From Candidatus Eiseniibacteriota bacterium (lineage in GTDB: Bacteria > Eisenbacteria > RBG-16-71-46 > DASYSL01), in assembly GCA_046598045.1 (NCBI GenBank), contig JBKJJJ010000126.1:1-46484 (forward strand): a stretch of DNA of 46,484 nucleotides, written 5' to 3'. Made by a program: the position numbers and the translations under genes. Position 1 is the first letter of the stretch; every line of letters begins with the position of its first letter. The notes under the pieces are model-generated. The model had not been told where the DNA came from, searched no databases, and saw only the letters and a list, made by a program, of their open reading frames with translations. This document shows, piece by piece, positions 8,185 through 17,665 of this stretch.

Positions 8185-9303
8185 TCAGCGCGAGTTCTTC
8201 ATCTCGCGACGCATCTCCTGGAGGTCCTTGCGCAGCGCGTCGAGGTCCTTGCGCAGCTGCTCCTGGTCCTCCGGCTTCATGTCGCTCATGCCGTTCATGC
8301 CGTGGAGCCCGTGAATCATCGGGCCATTGCCGTCGTCCATCCAGCCCATCCAGTTGCCGTTGCCCTTGCCCATCAAGCCGTGCATGGACTCGGCCTTCTC
8401 GAGCGCGGCGTGGATCGTGCGCTCGGCGCCCTTGCGGCGGACCCTGAGCTCGACGTCGCCCGCGTCCTGCTTGCGCAGGGCGGCGCGCAAGGCGTCGCCG
8501 TCGGCCACGTCGGCGCCGTCGACCGACAGGATCACATCCCCGGCCTTGAGCCCGGCCTTGGCGGCGGGCGTGTCCTCGAGTACGCGCAGAACGAGCACGC
8601 CCTTGCCGTCGGACGCGCCGAAGTAGTCGCCGAGATCGCCGTCCAGGTCCTGGGTCTCGACGCCGAGGCGGCCGCGGCCCAGGTTGCCGAGCACCTTGAG
8701 CCCCGGCGCCATGTTCTGCCCGTGGCCGCCATACGGCGCCTCAGGCGACTCCGGCGCTTCCGGTGCGTCGGGAGCTTCCGGCGCACGCATCGCGCGCGGG
8801 GCCCGCGGGGCTTCCGGAGCACGCGTCCTGCGGCGGACGCGCAGCGTCCGCGTCTCGTTGTTGCCCTGGTCGGACATGTTGCCGAGTTCGACACGGCCGA
8901 GGTCGACGCGCTTGCCGTCGCGCCACACGGTCACGCCCGCGAGCGCGCCCGGCGCGAGCGCGCGCACGCGACTCGTGAGCTGCTCGGCGCCGTTGACCGA
9001 CTGGTCGTTGAAGCGGGTGATGATGTCCCCCTCCTCGATGCCGACCTTCTCGGCCGGGCTGCCGGGCACGACGCTCGCGACCACGACGCCGCTGCCGTCG
9101 TAGTCGTAGCTCTCCTTCAGGTCACTCGAGAGGTCCTGCAGGTTGACGCCGAGAAAGGCGGCGTGATTCGAGGCGGTCTCCCCGGAGCGATCCGAGTAGA
9201 CCCGCACGCGCGGACTGCGGGCGGCCGAGGCGGCGGCGAAACCGCCGGCGGTGACCGCGGTGGCGAGGGCGAGGGCGATCACCGCCCGAGAGCGTAGCGA
9301 CAT
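8185..9303 (-). CDS. Exported tandem-PDZ domain protein
   Basis: Signal peptide; two PDZ domains (AFLGVNL..GSPAEKVGIEEGDII; GRLGVET..TPAAKAGLKAGDVI); PEAP-rich linker; C-terminal coiled coil. Confidence 0.88.
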   Translation of the reverse strand: MSLRSRAVIALALATAVTAGGFAAASAARSPRVRVYSDRSGETASNHAAFLGVNLQDLSSDLKESYDYDGSGVVVASVVPGSPAEKVGIEEGDIITRFNDQSVNGAEQLTSRVRALAPGALAGVTVWRDGKRVDLGRVELGNMSDQGNNETRTLRVRRRTRAPEAPRAPRAMRAPEAPDAPEAPESPEAPYGGHGQNMAPGLKVLGNLGRGRLGVETQDLDGDLGDYFGASDGKGVLVLRVLEDTPAAKAGLKAGDVILSVDGADVADGDALRAALRKQDAGDVELRVRRKGAERTIHAALEKAESMHGLMGKGNGNWMGWMDDGNGPMIHGLHGMNGMSDMKPEDQEQLRKDLDALRKDLQEMRREMKNSR

Positions 9304-9459
9304 GGGAGATTCTCCTTCCGGGGTCCGATGCGCGGGGGTCCGCCCCCCGCCGGGGTCAGGCACAGCCCTGCGAGCTGGGCGCTCCCATGATACCGGCTCG
9401 GGCCGGGCGGGGTTCCGGGTTGAAACCGACTTTGCACTTGCCCCCTGGCTGACATGCGG

Positions 9460-9488
9460 TTGACCCCCGGGAGCGCGGCCCCTAGGTT
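9460..9488 (+). promoter_or_regulatory. sigma70-type promoter of rlmD (leaderless)
   Basis: TTGACC-N17-TAGGTT, 6 nt before the GTG start. Confidence 0.6.
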
Positions 9489-9494
9489 GCGGGG

Positions 9495-10988
9495 GTGGAC
9501 GCCCCCCCGGTCAAGAAGGACGCGGTGCTCGAGCTGACGATCGACAGCCTGGCCCTCGGCGGCTCCGGGGTCGCCCGGGCCGGCGAGTTCGTCGTCTTTG
9601 TCCCCGGCGCCTATGCCGGTGAGCGGGTGCGGGCCCGCGTCGTCAAACGACGGTCGAGCTGGGCCGAGGCGGCCCTGCTCGCGGTGCTCGAACCCTCGCC
9701 CGAGCGCGTCTCCGCCCCGTGCGCGCACTTCGGCGGCGAGTGCGGCGGCTGCCGGATGCAGGACCTCGCCTATCCCGCCCAGGTCCTCGCCAAGACGCAG
9801 CAGGTGGCGGAGACGCTCGCCCGGATCGGCCGGCTCGAAGGCGTCGCGGTCGACGCGTGCGTGCCCTCGCCCGCGCTCTGGCGCTACCGCAACAAGATGG
9901 AGTTCTCGTTCCACCCGGGGCCGGACGGCGTCCCGTTGCTCGGCCTGCACAAGCGGGGCCGCTTCGACGAGAGCTTCGACCTGGGCGATTGCCTCATCGC
10001 GTCCGAGCTCACGAACCGCATCGTCGCCGTGACCCGCGCGTTCGCGCGCGCCGAGGGCTGGGTCGCGCACCATGCGCGCTTCCACACCGGGGTCGTGCGC
10101 TTCCTGACCGTGCGCCACCTGCCGACCACGAACCAGGCGGCGGTGAACCTGATCGCGATGAAGGAAGCGGTGCCGGGCGTGGAGCGCTGGGCCGGGGCGG
10201 TGCGCGCGCTCGACCCCGCGGTCAAGAGCGTGGTGCTCAACGTCAACGACGAGCGCGCGAACATCGCGATCGGCGAGCCCGCGCGCGAGCGGGTGCTCGC
10301 CGGCGCCGCCACCATCGAGGAGCGCCTGTGCGGCCTCACGTTCGAGGTCTCGGCGCACTCGTTCCTGCAGACCAACAGCCTGCAGGCCGGGGCGCTCTAC
10401 GCCGCGGCGATCGAGGAGGCGCGCCTGACCGGCGGCGAGAAGGTCCTGGACGTGTACTGCGGCGCGGGCACGATCTCGCTCGCGCTGGCGGCGCACGCGC
10501 AGGAGGTGGTGGGCATCGAGTCGGTCGAGCCGGCGGTCGCCGACGCCCGGCGCAACGCGGTGAGGAACGGAGTGACCAACGCGCGCTTCGCCTGCGGCGA
10601 TGCGCGCGCGGTGCTGCGCATGTGGGCGCATGCGCGCGCCGGCAAGGCGCCGACGCCCGAGAGCTCGCGCGTGCGCGACCACAAGGCGCCGCACGACCCC
10701 GAGGCCTATCGCCCGTTCGATCCCGACGTCGTGCTGGTCGACCCGCCGCGCGCGGGCCTGCACGAGCGCGTGATCGAGCGCGTCGCCGAGCTCGCGCCCG
10801 CGCGCATCGTGTACGTATCGTGCAATCCCGCGACGCTGGCGCGCGACCTCGCGCTGTTCGTGCGCCAGGGCTACGCGCCGACGCGGGTGCGACCGTTCGA
10901 CATGTTCCCGCACACGCCGCACGTCGAGTGCGTCGTCGGGTTGTCTAAGGTAGCTACTGCGCCTTCTGCCAGTCGCGATACCCCTTGA
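9495..10988 (+). CDS. rlmD: 23S rRNA (uracil-C5)-methyltransferase RlmD
   Basis: TRAM domain, Fe-S motif CAHFGGECGGC, YRNKMEF, SFLQTN, LDVYCGAGTI, VDPPRAGL, YVSCNPATLARD, DMFPHTPHVE. Confidence 0.95.
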   Translation: MDAPPVKKDAVLELTIDSLALGGSGVARAGEFVVFVPGAYAGERVRARVVKRRSSWAEAALLAVLEPSPERVSAPCAHFGGECGGCRMQDLAYPAQVLAKTQQVAETLARIGRLEGVAVDACVPSPALWRYRNKMEFSFHPGPDGVPLLGLHKRGRFDESFDLGDCLIASELTNRIVAVTRAFARAEGWVAHHARFHTGVVRFLTVRHLPTTNQAAVNLIAMKEAVPGVERWAGAVRALDPAVKSVVLNVNDERANIAIGEPARERVLAGAATIEERLCGLTFEVSAHSFLQTNSLQAGALYAAAIEEARLTGGEKVLDVYCGAGTISLALAAHAQEVVGIESVEPAVADARRNAVRNGVTNARFACGDARAVLRMWAHARAGKAPTPESSRVRDHKAPHDPEAYRPFDPDVVLVDPPRAGLHERVIERVAELAPARIVYVSCNPATLARDLALFVRQGYAPTRVRPFDMFPHTPHVECVVGLSKVATAPSASRDTP

Positions 10989-11391
10989 GCCCGCCATCGA
11001 GCGCGCTCACATCCCTGAAACCCTTGGTCACCAGCAACTGGCTCGCGCGCGTCGTGCGCGCGCCGAGGCGGTCGTAGACCAGCACCGCGCCGCCCTTGTA
11101 GCGCTCGAACTCCCCGAACCTCGATTCCAGATCCTCGACCGGCACGAGCACGGCGGTGTCGAGGTGGCCGAGGTCGTCGTTCCACTCTGCGGCCGAGCGC
11201 ACGTCCAGAATCAGCCCGTCGTAGTGAATGCCGCGCCAGCTGTCGACCTGGTCCGCCGACAGGTGCTGGACGTAAGCGGCCGACGTTCCGGCGTCGGGAT
11301 GCGGCCCCGTGGCGCAACCGCCCCACAACAGGGCCAGCATGGAAATGACAAAGATGGCCCTGGTTCGCGCCCGATGGGTGCGATCGATCAT
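10954..11391 (-). CDS. Rhodanese-like domain lipoprotein
   Basis: Lipobox LWGGC; ILDVRSAAEW..GHL..A, LDGGLKGY. The active-loop position is Asp (YDRLGAR) rather than Cys. Confidence 0.8.
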   Translation of the reverse strand: MIDRTHRARTRAIFVISMLALLWGGCATGPHPDAGTSAAYVQHLSADQVDSWRGIHYDGLILDVRSAAEWNDDLGHLDTAVLVPVEDLESRFGEFERYKGGAVLVYDRLGARTTRASQLLVTKGFRDVSALDGGLKGYRDWQKAQ

Positions 11392-11505
11392 GGTAGAATC
11401 CTCCCCGCGGGCCCGCTCCGGGGCCGCGCTCTCGTTCGAGCATGCCACGAAGCCGGGCCTCGTTCCCACCCGATCGTGGCCCCCGTCACCCGCCCAGGAG
11501 TCCAA

Positions 11506-12369
11506 GTGAGCCGTCTGCTCCGCGCTTTCGCGTGCGCCGTTGCCGCCGTTTCCGTGCTCGTTCCCACCGCCCCGGCCCGCGCCCAGATCGTCGCCGGCTC
11601 GCCCAACGGGCCGGTGGTCGCGACCTACGAGGTCCGGCAGCAGGCGTCGTTCGAGATCTGGTCCGGCGAGCGACGGCTGGGAACCGAGATCTTCCGGATC
11701 TACGCCACGCACGACACGCTGATCACGGCGTCCACGGTCCGGCTCGACGGCGCCTCGCCCCAGAGCACGCTGCCGTTCGAGAAGCGCACGACGTTCCTCC
11801 AGCGCGCGTACGACTCATACCCGCTGCTGTTCCAAATCACCGAACAGCCGCGCAGCGACACCATGTCGACGATGGCGCTCAACTGCGTGTTCCGCGACAC
11901 CGTGGCGACCATCTACAAGGAGACGCGGGAGCGCGGCGTGGGCACGTCGGTCGCCCTGCCTCCGGGGCGGCTCTACATCCTCGAGCCCGGCGTTTACCTC
12001 CAGGTCCAGTTGCTGCTGGCCGACTTCCTCGCGGGCTCGCAGGAGAAGCGCAAGCAGGCCGTCCTGATTCCCTCGGCCGAGCAGGTCGTCGACCTCTACC
12101 TGACCCGCGGGCCGATGGAGGCGATCGTCGTGCGCGGCAAGCGCGTGGACGCGCAACGCGTCGATTTCACCGACAAGCTCACGAACCTCGTGGGCTGGGT
12201 CGACGGGAAGGGCCGCCTGTGGAAGCTCGAGGCCCCGGGCGCGGGATTGCGCGTCGAGCGCGGCCCCGACCTCGAGTCGAAGCACGCGGACGCGGTCGCG
12301 AAGGCTCCCGCCGGGCAGGCCACGCGCGCCCGGCAGCGGGCGCCGAAGTCCGGCAAGGGGCGGAATTAA
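11506..12369 (+). CDS. Exported hypothetical protein
   Basis: GTG after an AGGAG RBS, signal peptide ending ARA-Q, beta-rich body. The ORF-track start at 11164 is probably too early. Confidence 0.7.
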   Translation: MSRLLRAFACAVAAVSVLVPTAPARAQIVAGSPNGPVVATYEVRQQASFEIWSGERRLGTEIFRIYATHDTLITASTVRLDGASPQSTLPFEKRTTFLQRAYDSYPLLFQITEQPRSDTMSTMALNCVFRDTVATIYKETRERGVGTSVALPPGRLYILEPGVYLQVQLLLADFLAGSQEKRKQAVLIPSAEQVVDLYLTRGPMEAIVVRGKRVDAQRVDFTDKLTNLVGWVDGKGRLWKLEAPGAGLRVERGPDLESKHADAVAKAPAGQATRARQRAPKSGKGRN

Positions 12370-12585
12370 GCGCTAAACCAGCGCGAATGGACCGAAAAAG
12401 CGCTCCGGAGCGCCGAATAGACCGGGACTCTTGATTGACAACCTCTTAACAACTGACCCAAGCTGATAGTAGTCCCACCCCGGGACTTGGGTTCCTCGCG
12501 GGTCTATTCAAACCCCCCTCCGCACGAGGAACCGTACCTGCCATTCCGTGCCTTCCCCACAGGCACCCGGCACAACGAGGTTTCT

Positions 12586-13257
12586 ATGAATCCCTCTCGA
12601 CTCCGCTTCTATTCCGCCTCAGTCCGCATTCTGGCCATGGCGGCACTTCTACTCACGATCGCCTCGGCGCCCGCGCTGGCTCAGACCTGCCAGTACAGCG
12701 GCCGCGCTTACGGCGCTTACGTCAACGTCCTCGGGTTCGGCCCCATGTACTTTGCCGATACCGGCAGCCTTCCGGCAACAGGCGGGACGCTGTCGTCGTT
12801 CCTCCTGAACGTCAACGCGCTTCCTTTCATCGCGGCCAACAACCTCGTCACCAATACGAGTGGCGCGAATTGTCAGGCGAACAGCGATGCGACCGTGCAG
12901 GACCTGATCGTGCTCCAGGGCAATCCAGCGCAGGTCACCGCCACGACCGTGCGCAGCACTTCACACGCCGACTGTTCCGGCGTCTCCGGAGGGAGCACGA
13001 TCCTGGGTCTCACATTCGGTGGGGTTCCCGTGACCGTGACCGGCGCGCCCAACCAGACCGTCACGATTCCGGGCGTGGCCACGCTGATCATCAACGAACA
13101 GATCGTCGGACCGGGCGACATCACGGTGAACGCGCTGCACTTGATCCTGCTGGGCGGGACCCAGGAAGTGATCATCTCGAGCTCGCACAGCGACGTGCAC
13201 TGCGTGGTCCCGGTGCGCAGCAGCACGTGGGGCTTGCTCAAGGCGGTGTACCGCTGA
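12586..13257 (+). CDS. Secreted protein, choice-of-anchor P-like, with TWGxxKxxYR tail
   Basis: Signal peptide (ALA-Q); GAPNQTVTIPGVATLIINEQ..ITVNALHL motif; C-terminus VPVRSSTWGLLKAVYR. Confidence 0.78.
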   Translation: MNPSRLRFYSASVRILAMAALLLTIASAPALAQTCQYSGRAYGAYVNVLGFGPMYFADTGSLPATGGTLSSFLLNVNALPFIAANNLVTNTSGANCQANSDATVQDLIVLQGNPAQVTATTVRSTSHADCSGVSGGSTILGLTFGGVPVTVTGAPNQTVTIPGVATLIINEQIVGPGDITVNALHLILLGGTQEVIISSSHSDVHCVVPVRSSTWGLLKAVYR

Positions 13258-13336
13258 TCTGGTCTAACCGACAGTCAACGTCGTCGGTTGGCGGCCACCC
13301 TCTTGGTCATGGGGGTGGCCGTTTCTCTGGCGAGGC

Positions 13337-13963
13337 CTAGAGTGCGACGAATCGCAGCGCGGTGGTTCCGATGGAAGTGCGCAACTGCACGAAGTAGGTG
13401 CCCGGGCGAAGCCGGTTTCCCGCCTGGTCGCGCCCGTCCCACAGCAGCGGCGTCGACCCCCGATAGAGCGGCCCCGACTGCAGGACGCGCAGCGTGCGGC
13501 CCCGGAGATCCACCACCCGCGCGTCGACGGTGACCGGATCGGCGAAGCGCGAGCCCGGAAGCGTCAACTCGACCTGCGCGTTTGCGCGCACCGGGTTCGG
13601 CCACAGGCGCACGCCGAGCGGAGGGTTCGGCACCGTGACCGCGAACGGCCCGTAGCTCACCCGCGAGTCGTCCGGATAGTAGAGATCGAAGCGGTAGTAG
13701 TAGGTCTGGCCCGGGTCGGCCCTGAGGTCGACCGTGTAGCATTCCCCGGTGCACAGCGTCGTCTGGGAATCGAGCGGGTCGAACTGTCCCGCGAGCTCGC
13801 CCGAACGCCAGATCAGGTACCTCGCGCCGGCATACGAGCCCTGGAGGGAGACGCGCAGGAAGCCGTTGTTGTAGGTGACGTCGACGCCCGGGTCGGCGTG
13901 GGCCACGCCCGCGCCCAACCCCGCCGCCGCGATCAGCACGACCAGCCATCTCTTGAGGTTCAC
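13337..13963 (-). CDS. Secreted protein with FlgD-Ig/T9SS-like C-terminal domain
   Basis: Signal peptide (AHA-D); WPNP..VVDLRGRTLRVL..WDGRDQAGNRLRPGTYFVQL. GGAGGAG RBS. Confidence 0.85.
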   Translation of the reverse strand: MNLKRWLVVLIAAAGLGAGVAHADPGVDVTYNNGFLRVSLQGSYAGARYLIWRSGELAGQFDPLDSQTTLCTGECYTVDLRADPGQTYYYRFDLYYPDDSRVSYGPFAVTVPNPPLGVRLWPNPVRANAQVELTLPGSRFADPVTVDARVVDLRGRTLRVLQSGPLYRGSTPLLWDGRDQAGNRLRPGTYFVQLRTSIGTTALRFVAL

Positions 13964-14056
13964 GGCTCCTCCTCCTGGGCCACGCCCGAATAAGGCGACG
14001 GGCGGACCCGTCCCCCAAGGGTACGAGCCCGCCCGCGCCGTGTGAACGCTTTTTTG

Positions 14057-15568
14057 CTACTTTTTCGCCGCCATCCGCTCCGTGAAGTCCACCAGCAGGC
14101 GCACCCCGAAGCCGGCCGAGCCCTTGGGCGCGTACGGCTTGTCGCGATCGTTCCACGCCACGCCGGCGATGTCGAGATGGCACCACTTGTAGCCGTTCGC
14201 GAACTGGCCGAGGAACATCGCGCCCGCGATCGTGCCCGCCTCGCGGCCGGCCGAGTTCTTCATGTCGGCGACGTCGCTGCGCAGCAGCTCCTTGTACTCG
14301 GGCCACGTCGGCAGCGGCCACATGCGCTCGCCGGTGCGCTCCCCGGACTCGATCACGAACTGCCGGAGCTCGTCGTCGTTGCCCATGATGCCGCCGCACT
14401 GCGAACCGAGCGCGACCACGACCGCGCCCGTGAGCGTCGCCAGGTCGAGCACCGCGTCGGGCTTGAGCCGGTGCGCGTACGACAGCGCGTCGGCCAGCAC
14501 GAGCCGCCCCTCGGCGTCGGTGTTGTTGACCTCGATCGTCATGCCGTTCGCGGCCGTGAGCACGTCGCCCGGCTTGACCGCGCGGCCACCCGGCATGTTC
14601 TCGGCGGCGGCGACGAGGCCGACCACGCGAATGCCCGCCGGACGCAGCTTGCCGATCGCGTGCAACGCTCCCATGACGGCTGCGCCACCCGACATGTCGT
14701 ACTTCATCTTCTCCATGCCGTCGGCCGGCTTGAGCGAGATGCCGCCGGTGTCGAACGTGATGCCCTTGCCGGCGAACACGATCGTCTTCTTGATCCGGCC
14801 CTTCGGCTTGTAGTCGAGCACGATGAAGCGCGGCGGCTGGGCCGAGCCGCGGCCGACGCCGAGCAGCGCGCCCATCTTCAGGCGCTTGAGCTCGACCTCG
14901 TTGTAGATCGTGGCCTTGATCAGGGGCGACGTCCCGGCGATCGTCTTCGCTGCGGCCGCCATGTCGGCCGGCGTCATGTCCTGGCTCGGCGTGCTCGCGA
15001 GGTCGCGCGCCAGGCACACCGACGCGGCGATGCTCTCGCCGCGCTTCGCGCCGCGCGTCACGGCCAGGAGCTTCGCGCGGTCGGACTCGACCAGCGTGAA
15101 CGTCTTGACCTGGCGCTTCCGGTCCTTGTCCTGCGTCAGGTACTCGCCGAACACGTAGTTGCCGAGCATCGCGCCCTCGACCACGGCCTGCGCGGCGTCG
15201 TCGGGATCGATCCCGCCCTTACCGGCGCCGAGCACGACGCACGCGACGCTCTTGAGACCCATGCCGCGCGCCTGCGTGATCGCGCGGCCGGCGGTCTGGC
15301 GCAGGCGATCGAGGTTGAGATCCTTCGCGTCGCCGAGCCCGACCACGAGCAGGCGCGTGAGGCGGCCGGCCGTCGGGTAGAGCCCGAGGAGCTGTCCCGA
15401 CTTGCCGGTGAAGTCCCCGCTCTTCATCGCCTTCGCGATCACGCCACCGGCGGCCTTGTCCACGGCCTGCGCTGCGCCCGAGAGCCGGCTTGTTCCCTCG
15501 AACACGCCGAGCACGAGGGCATCGGCGACGACTCGTTCCGCCGCACCCGCGCGGACCTGGACTTGCAT
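14057..15568 (-). CDS. pepA: Leucyl aminopeptidase (M17)
   Basis: GKGITFDTGGISLKP, MKYDMSG, NTDAEGRLVLAD, DLATLTGA, HLDIAG. ATG at 15568 has a GGAGG RBS. Confidence 0.97.
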   Translation of the reverse strand: MQVQVRAGAAERVVADALVLGVFEGTSRLSGAAQAVDKAAGGVIAKAMKSGDFTGKSGQLLGLYPTAGRLTRLLVVGLGDAKDLNLDRLRQTAGRAITQARGMGLKSVACVVLGAGKGGIDPDDAAQAVVEGAMLGNYVFGEYLTQDKDRKRQVKTFTLVESDRAKLLAVTRGAKRGESIAASVCLARDLASTPSQDMTPADMAAAAKTIAGTSPLIKATIYNEVELKRLKMGALLGVGRGSAQPPRFIVLDYKPKGRIKKTIVFAGKGITFDTGGISLKPADGMEKMKYDMSGGAAVMGALHAIGKLRPAGIRVVGLVAAAENMPGGRAVKPGDVLTAANGMTIEVNNTDAEGRLVLADALSYAHRLKPDAVLDLATLTGAVVVALGSQCGGIMGNDDELRQFVIESGERTGERMWPLPTWPEYKELLRSDVADMKNSAGREAGTIAGAMFLGQFANGYKWCHLDIAGVAWNDRDKPYAPKGSAGFGVRLLVDFTERMAAKK

Positions 15569-15728
15569 GGATCTGCCTCCCTGGATGAATCGGGTGGCGC
15601 GCCCGGAGGAACTGCTGGCCGCGCCGAGATACCCGAGAACTGGTATAGAACACAACGAGTTGGCCGCGAAGTCAAGGCCGCTCCTCGGGGCGCTTGTGAG
15701 GCCTTCGCGGGTGCCGCATCATGCGGGC

Positions 15729-16430
15729 ATGACCCCTGCCGTGACACCCCGCGCCCTGGTGACGGGCGGCAACGGAAACCTCGGCCAGGCGGTGGCACGG
15801 CTGCTCGCCACCGCCGGTTACGAAGTTCACGTCACCGTGCTCGACGAGGCCACGCGGGCTTCGTTCGCCCACGGACAGCTCAAGGAGGGGCTCACCGTGC
15901 ACGTCGGCGACCTTTCGAAGGACGAGGACGTGCGCCGCATCTTCGAGGAGGTCGGCCGCCCGCTGGCCGCCCTGGTTGCGACCGTGGGCGGGTTCCACGG
16001 CGGGCCGTTCGCCGACGTCGACGAGTCGACGATCGACTTCCAGTACCGGCTCAATCTCAAGAGCGCGATCCTGACGCTGCGCCACGCGCACCCGGGGCTC
16101 GCCGCGAACCCGGGCGGCGCCGCCGCGGTGCTGGTGGCGAACCGGCCGGCGCTCTCGTCGGGGCCGGGCGTCGCGGTCACGACCGCGATGAAGGCGGCAA
16201 TCGTGAGCCTGGTCCAGAGCGTGGCCGAGGAGTGGAAGAAGGAGGGCATCACGGTCAACGCGGTCGCACCGGGCGTGATGGACACGCCCGAGAACCGGCG
16301 CGCCATGCCCGATGCCGATCCCACGCTGTGGCCGACCCCCGCGCAGGTCGCGGACGCGATCGCATTCCTGCTCTCGGCCGAGGGGACGCTCATCACGGGC
16401 GCCACGATCCCCGTGTTCGGACGGTCCTGA
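15729..16430 (+). CDS. SDR family oxidoreductase
   Basis: ALVTGGNGNLG, ITVNAVAPGVMDTPENR, ITGATIPV. The YxxxK motif appears as TTAMK (atypical). Confidence 0.9.
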   Translation: MTPAVTPRALVTGGNGNLGQAVARLLATAGYEVHVTVLDEATRASFAHGQLKEGLTVHVGDLSKDEDVRRIFEEVGRPLAALVATVGGFHGGPFADVDESTIDFQYRLNLKSAILTLRHAHPGLAANPGGAAAVLVANRPALSSGPGVAVTTAMKAAIVSLVQSVAEEWKKEGITVNAVAPGVMDTPENRRAMPDADPTLWPTPAQVADAIAFLLSAEGTLITGATIPVFGRS

Positions 16431-16438
16431 GCCGCCCG

Positions 16439-17251
16439 TTGCCGCACGCCCGCTCGCTGAGCGCCCCGCTGGTCAGCGTCGTGGTCAGCCACTTCGACCG
16501 CCGCGCGTGGCTGCCCGAGGCGCTCGACTCGATCGCCGCACAATCCCTGCGCGACTTCGAAATCGTGGTCGTCAATGACGCCGGGCCGGATGCCGCCGCG
16601 CTCGTCGCGGCGTGGGGCCGGGGTCGCCCGTTCGGGACGCACTACGTCCATCGCGCGCACAACGGCGGCGTCGCGGCCACGCGCAACACCGGCGTGCGCG
16701 CGGCGCGCGGGGCGTTTCTCGCCTACCTCGACGACGACGACCTGTGGCGGCCCGATCACCTCGCGGGCTTGGTGGAACTGCTCGCGGCGCGGCCGGAGTG
16801 CGCGCTCGCCTACGGCGACGCAGAAATCCTGCGTCTCGGCACTCCTTCCGATCCGGCGCAGTTCCCGGGCGCGTGGCCGGTGCGCGATCGCCTCACGCTC
16901 GCCGTGCCGTTCGATCTCGCCGACCTCGAGCGCGATGATTTCATCGTGCCCGGGGGCATGGTGCACCGGCACGCGCTCTACGAGGCAGTCGGTCCGTTCG
17001 ACGAAGAGCTGTTCGTGTCCGACGACTGGGATTGGCTGTTGCGCGCCGCCTTGTGGACGACGTTCGCGCGGCTGCCGCGGGTCGTGGTGACGGTGCGCAT
17101 TCGGGAGGACGGCGCGAACCTCTCCGCCGACCAGGGCGCGCGCCGCCGCGCGGCGCTCGATGCGATCGAGCAGCGGCACTCGACGCCGCGGCTCGAGCCC
17201 AAGACGTTCTGGGAGGTGGCGGAGACCTACGCGCGGCGCTCGAACCCCTAG
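16439..17251 (+). CDS. Glycosyltransferase family 2
   Basis: VSVVVSHFDR..EIVVVNDAG..NGGVAATRNTG..AYLDDDD..FDEELFVSDDWDW. Start is uncertain (about 16427-16457). Confidence 0.9.
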   Translation: MPHARSLSAPLVSVVVSHFDRRAWLPEALDSIAAQSLRDFEIVVVNDAGPDAAALVAAWGRGRPFGTHYVHRAHNGGVAATRNTGVRAARGAFLAYLDDDDLWRPDHLAGLVELLAARPECALAYGDAEILRLGTPSDPAQFPGAWPVRDRLTLAVPFDLADLERDDFIVPGGMVHRHALYEAVGPFDEELFVSDDWDWLLRAALWTTFARLPRVVVTVRIREDGANLSADQGARRRAALDAIEQRHSTPRLEPKTFWEVAETYARRSNP

Positions 17252-17284
17252 ATTGAACGACCCCAACCCTGCTAGGCTTCCTTC

Positions 17285-17599
17285 ATGCGTGTCCTCCGCG
17301 TGCTCCTGCTATGCCTGCTCCTTGCCCCGTCCGCGGTGCCGGTGTCCGCGTGCTGCGAGGCGCCGGCCGTTGCGGACGCATGCCCGATCCCCGAGACATG
17401 CCCGGTCAGCCTGTGCGGCGAGTGCCGCCCGGCAACCCTGTCGGCGAGGTCGCTTCCCGACCCGCCGCCCGACGCGCCGTTGACCGCGGTGAGGCCGCGC
17501 GCGAACCCGCGGAGTGCGCTTGCGCCCGCGAACGCCGATCGGGAAACGCCAGGCACCGGCACTCCACCCCACCTGAGGTTCACCGCTCTGCGCCTCTGA
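17285..17599 (+). CDS. Small exported Cys-rich protein (DUF2946/CruR-like architecture)
   Basis: Signal-like N-terminus, CC..C..C..CGEC, Pro/Ala linker, C-terminal GTPPHLRFTALRL. TAGGCT -10 box lies 6 nt before the ATG. Confidence 0.65.
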   Translation: MRVLRVLLLCLLLAPSAVPVSACCEAPAVADACPIPETCPVSLCGECRPATLSARSLPDPPPDAPLTAVRPRANPRSALAPANADRETPGTGTPPHLRFTALRL

Positions 17600-17665
17600 G
17601 TCTTCCTCGCGCCTCGATCGATCCCGGTTGTTCCCTGGTTTCGCGATTCGTGGAGGGCCTCTCCC

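Noticed and set aside
14042..17251. 1069-aa plus-strand ORF
   Set aside because: Only the last ~270 aa (GT2) are real. The rest is the antisense shadow of pepA and an off-frame overlap of the SDR.
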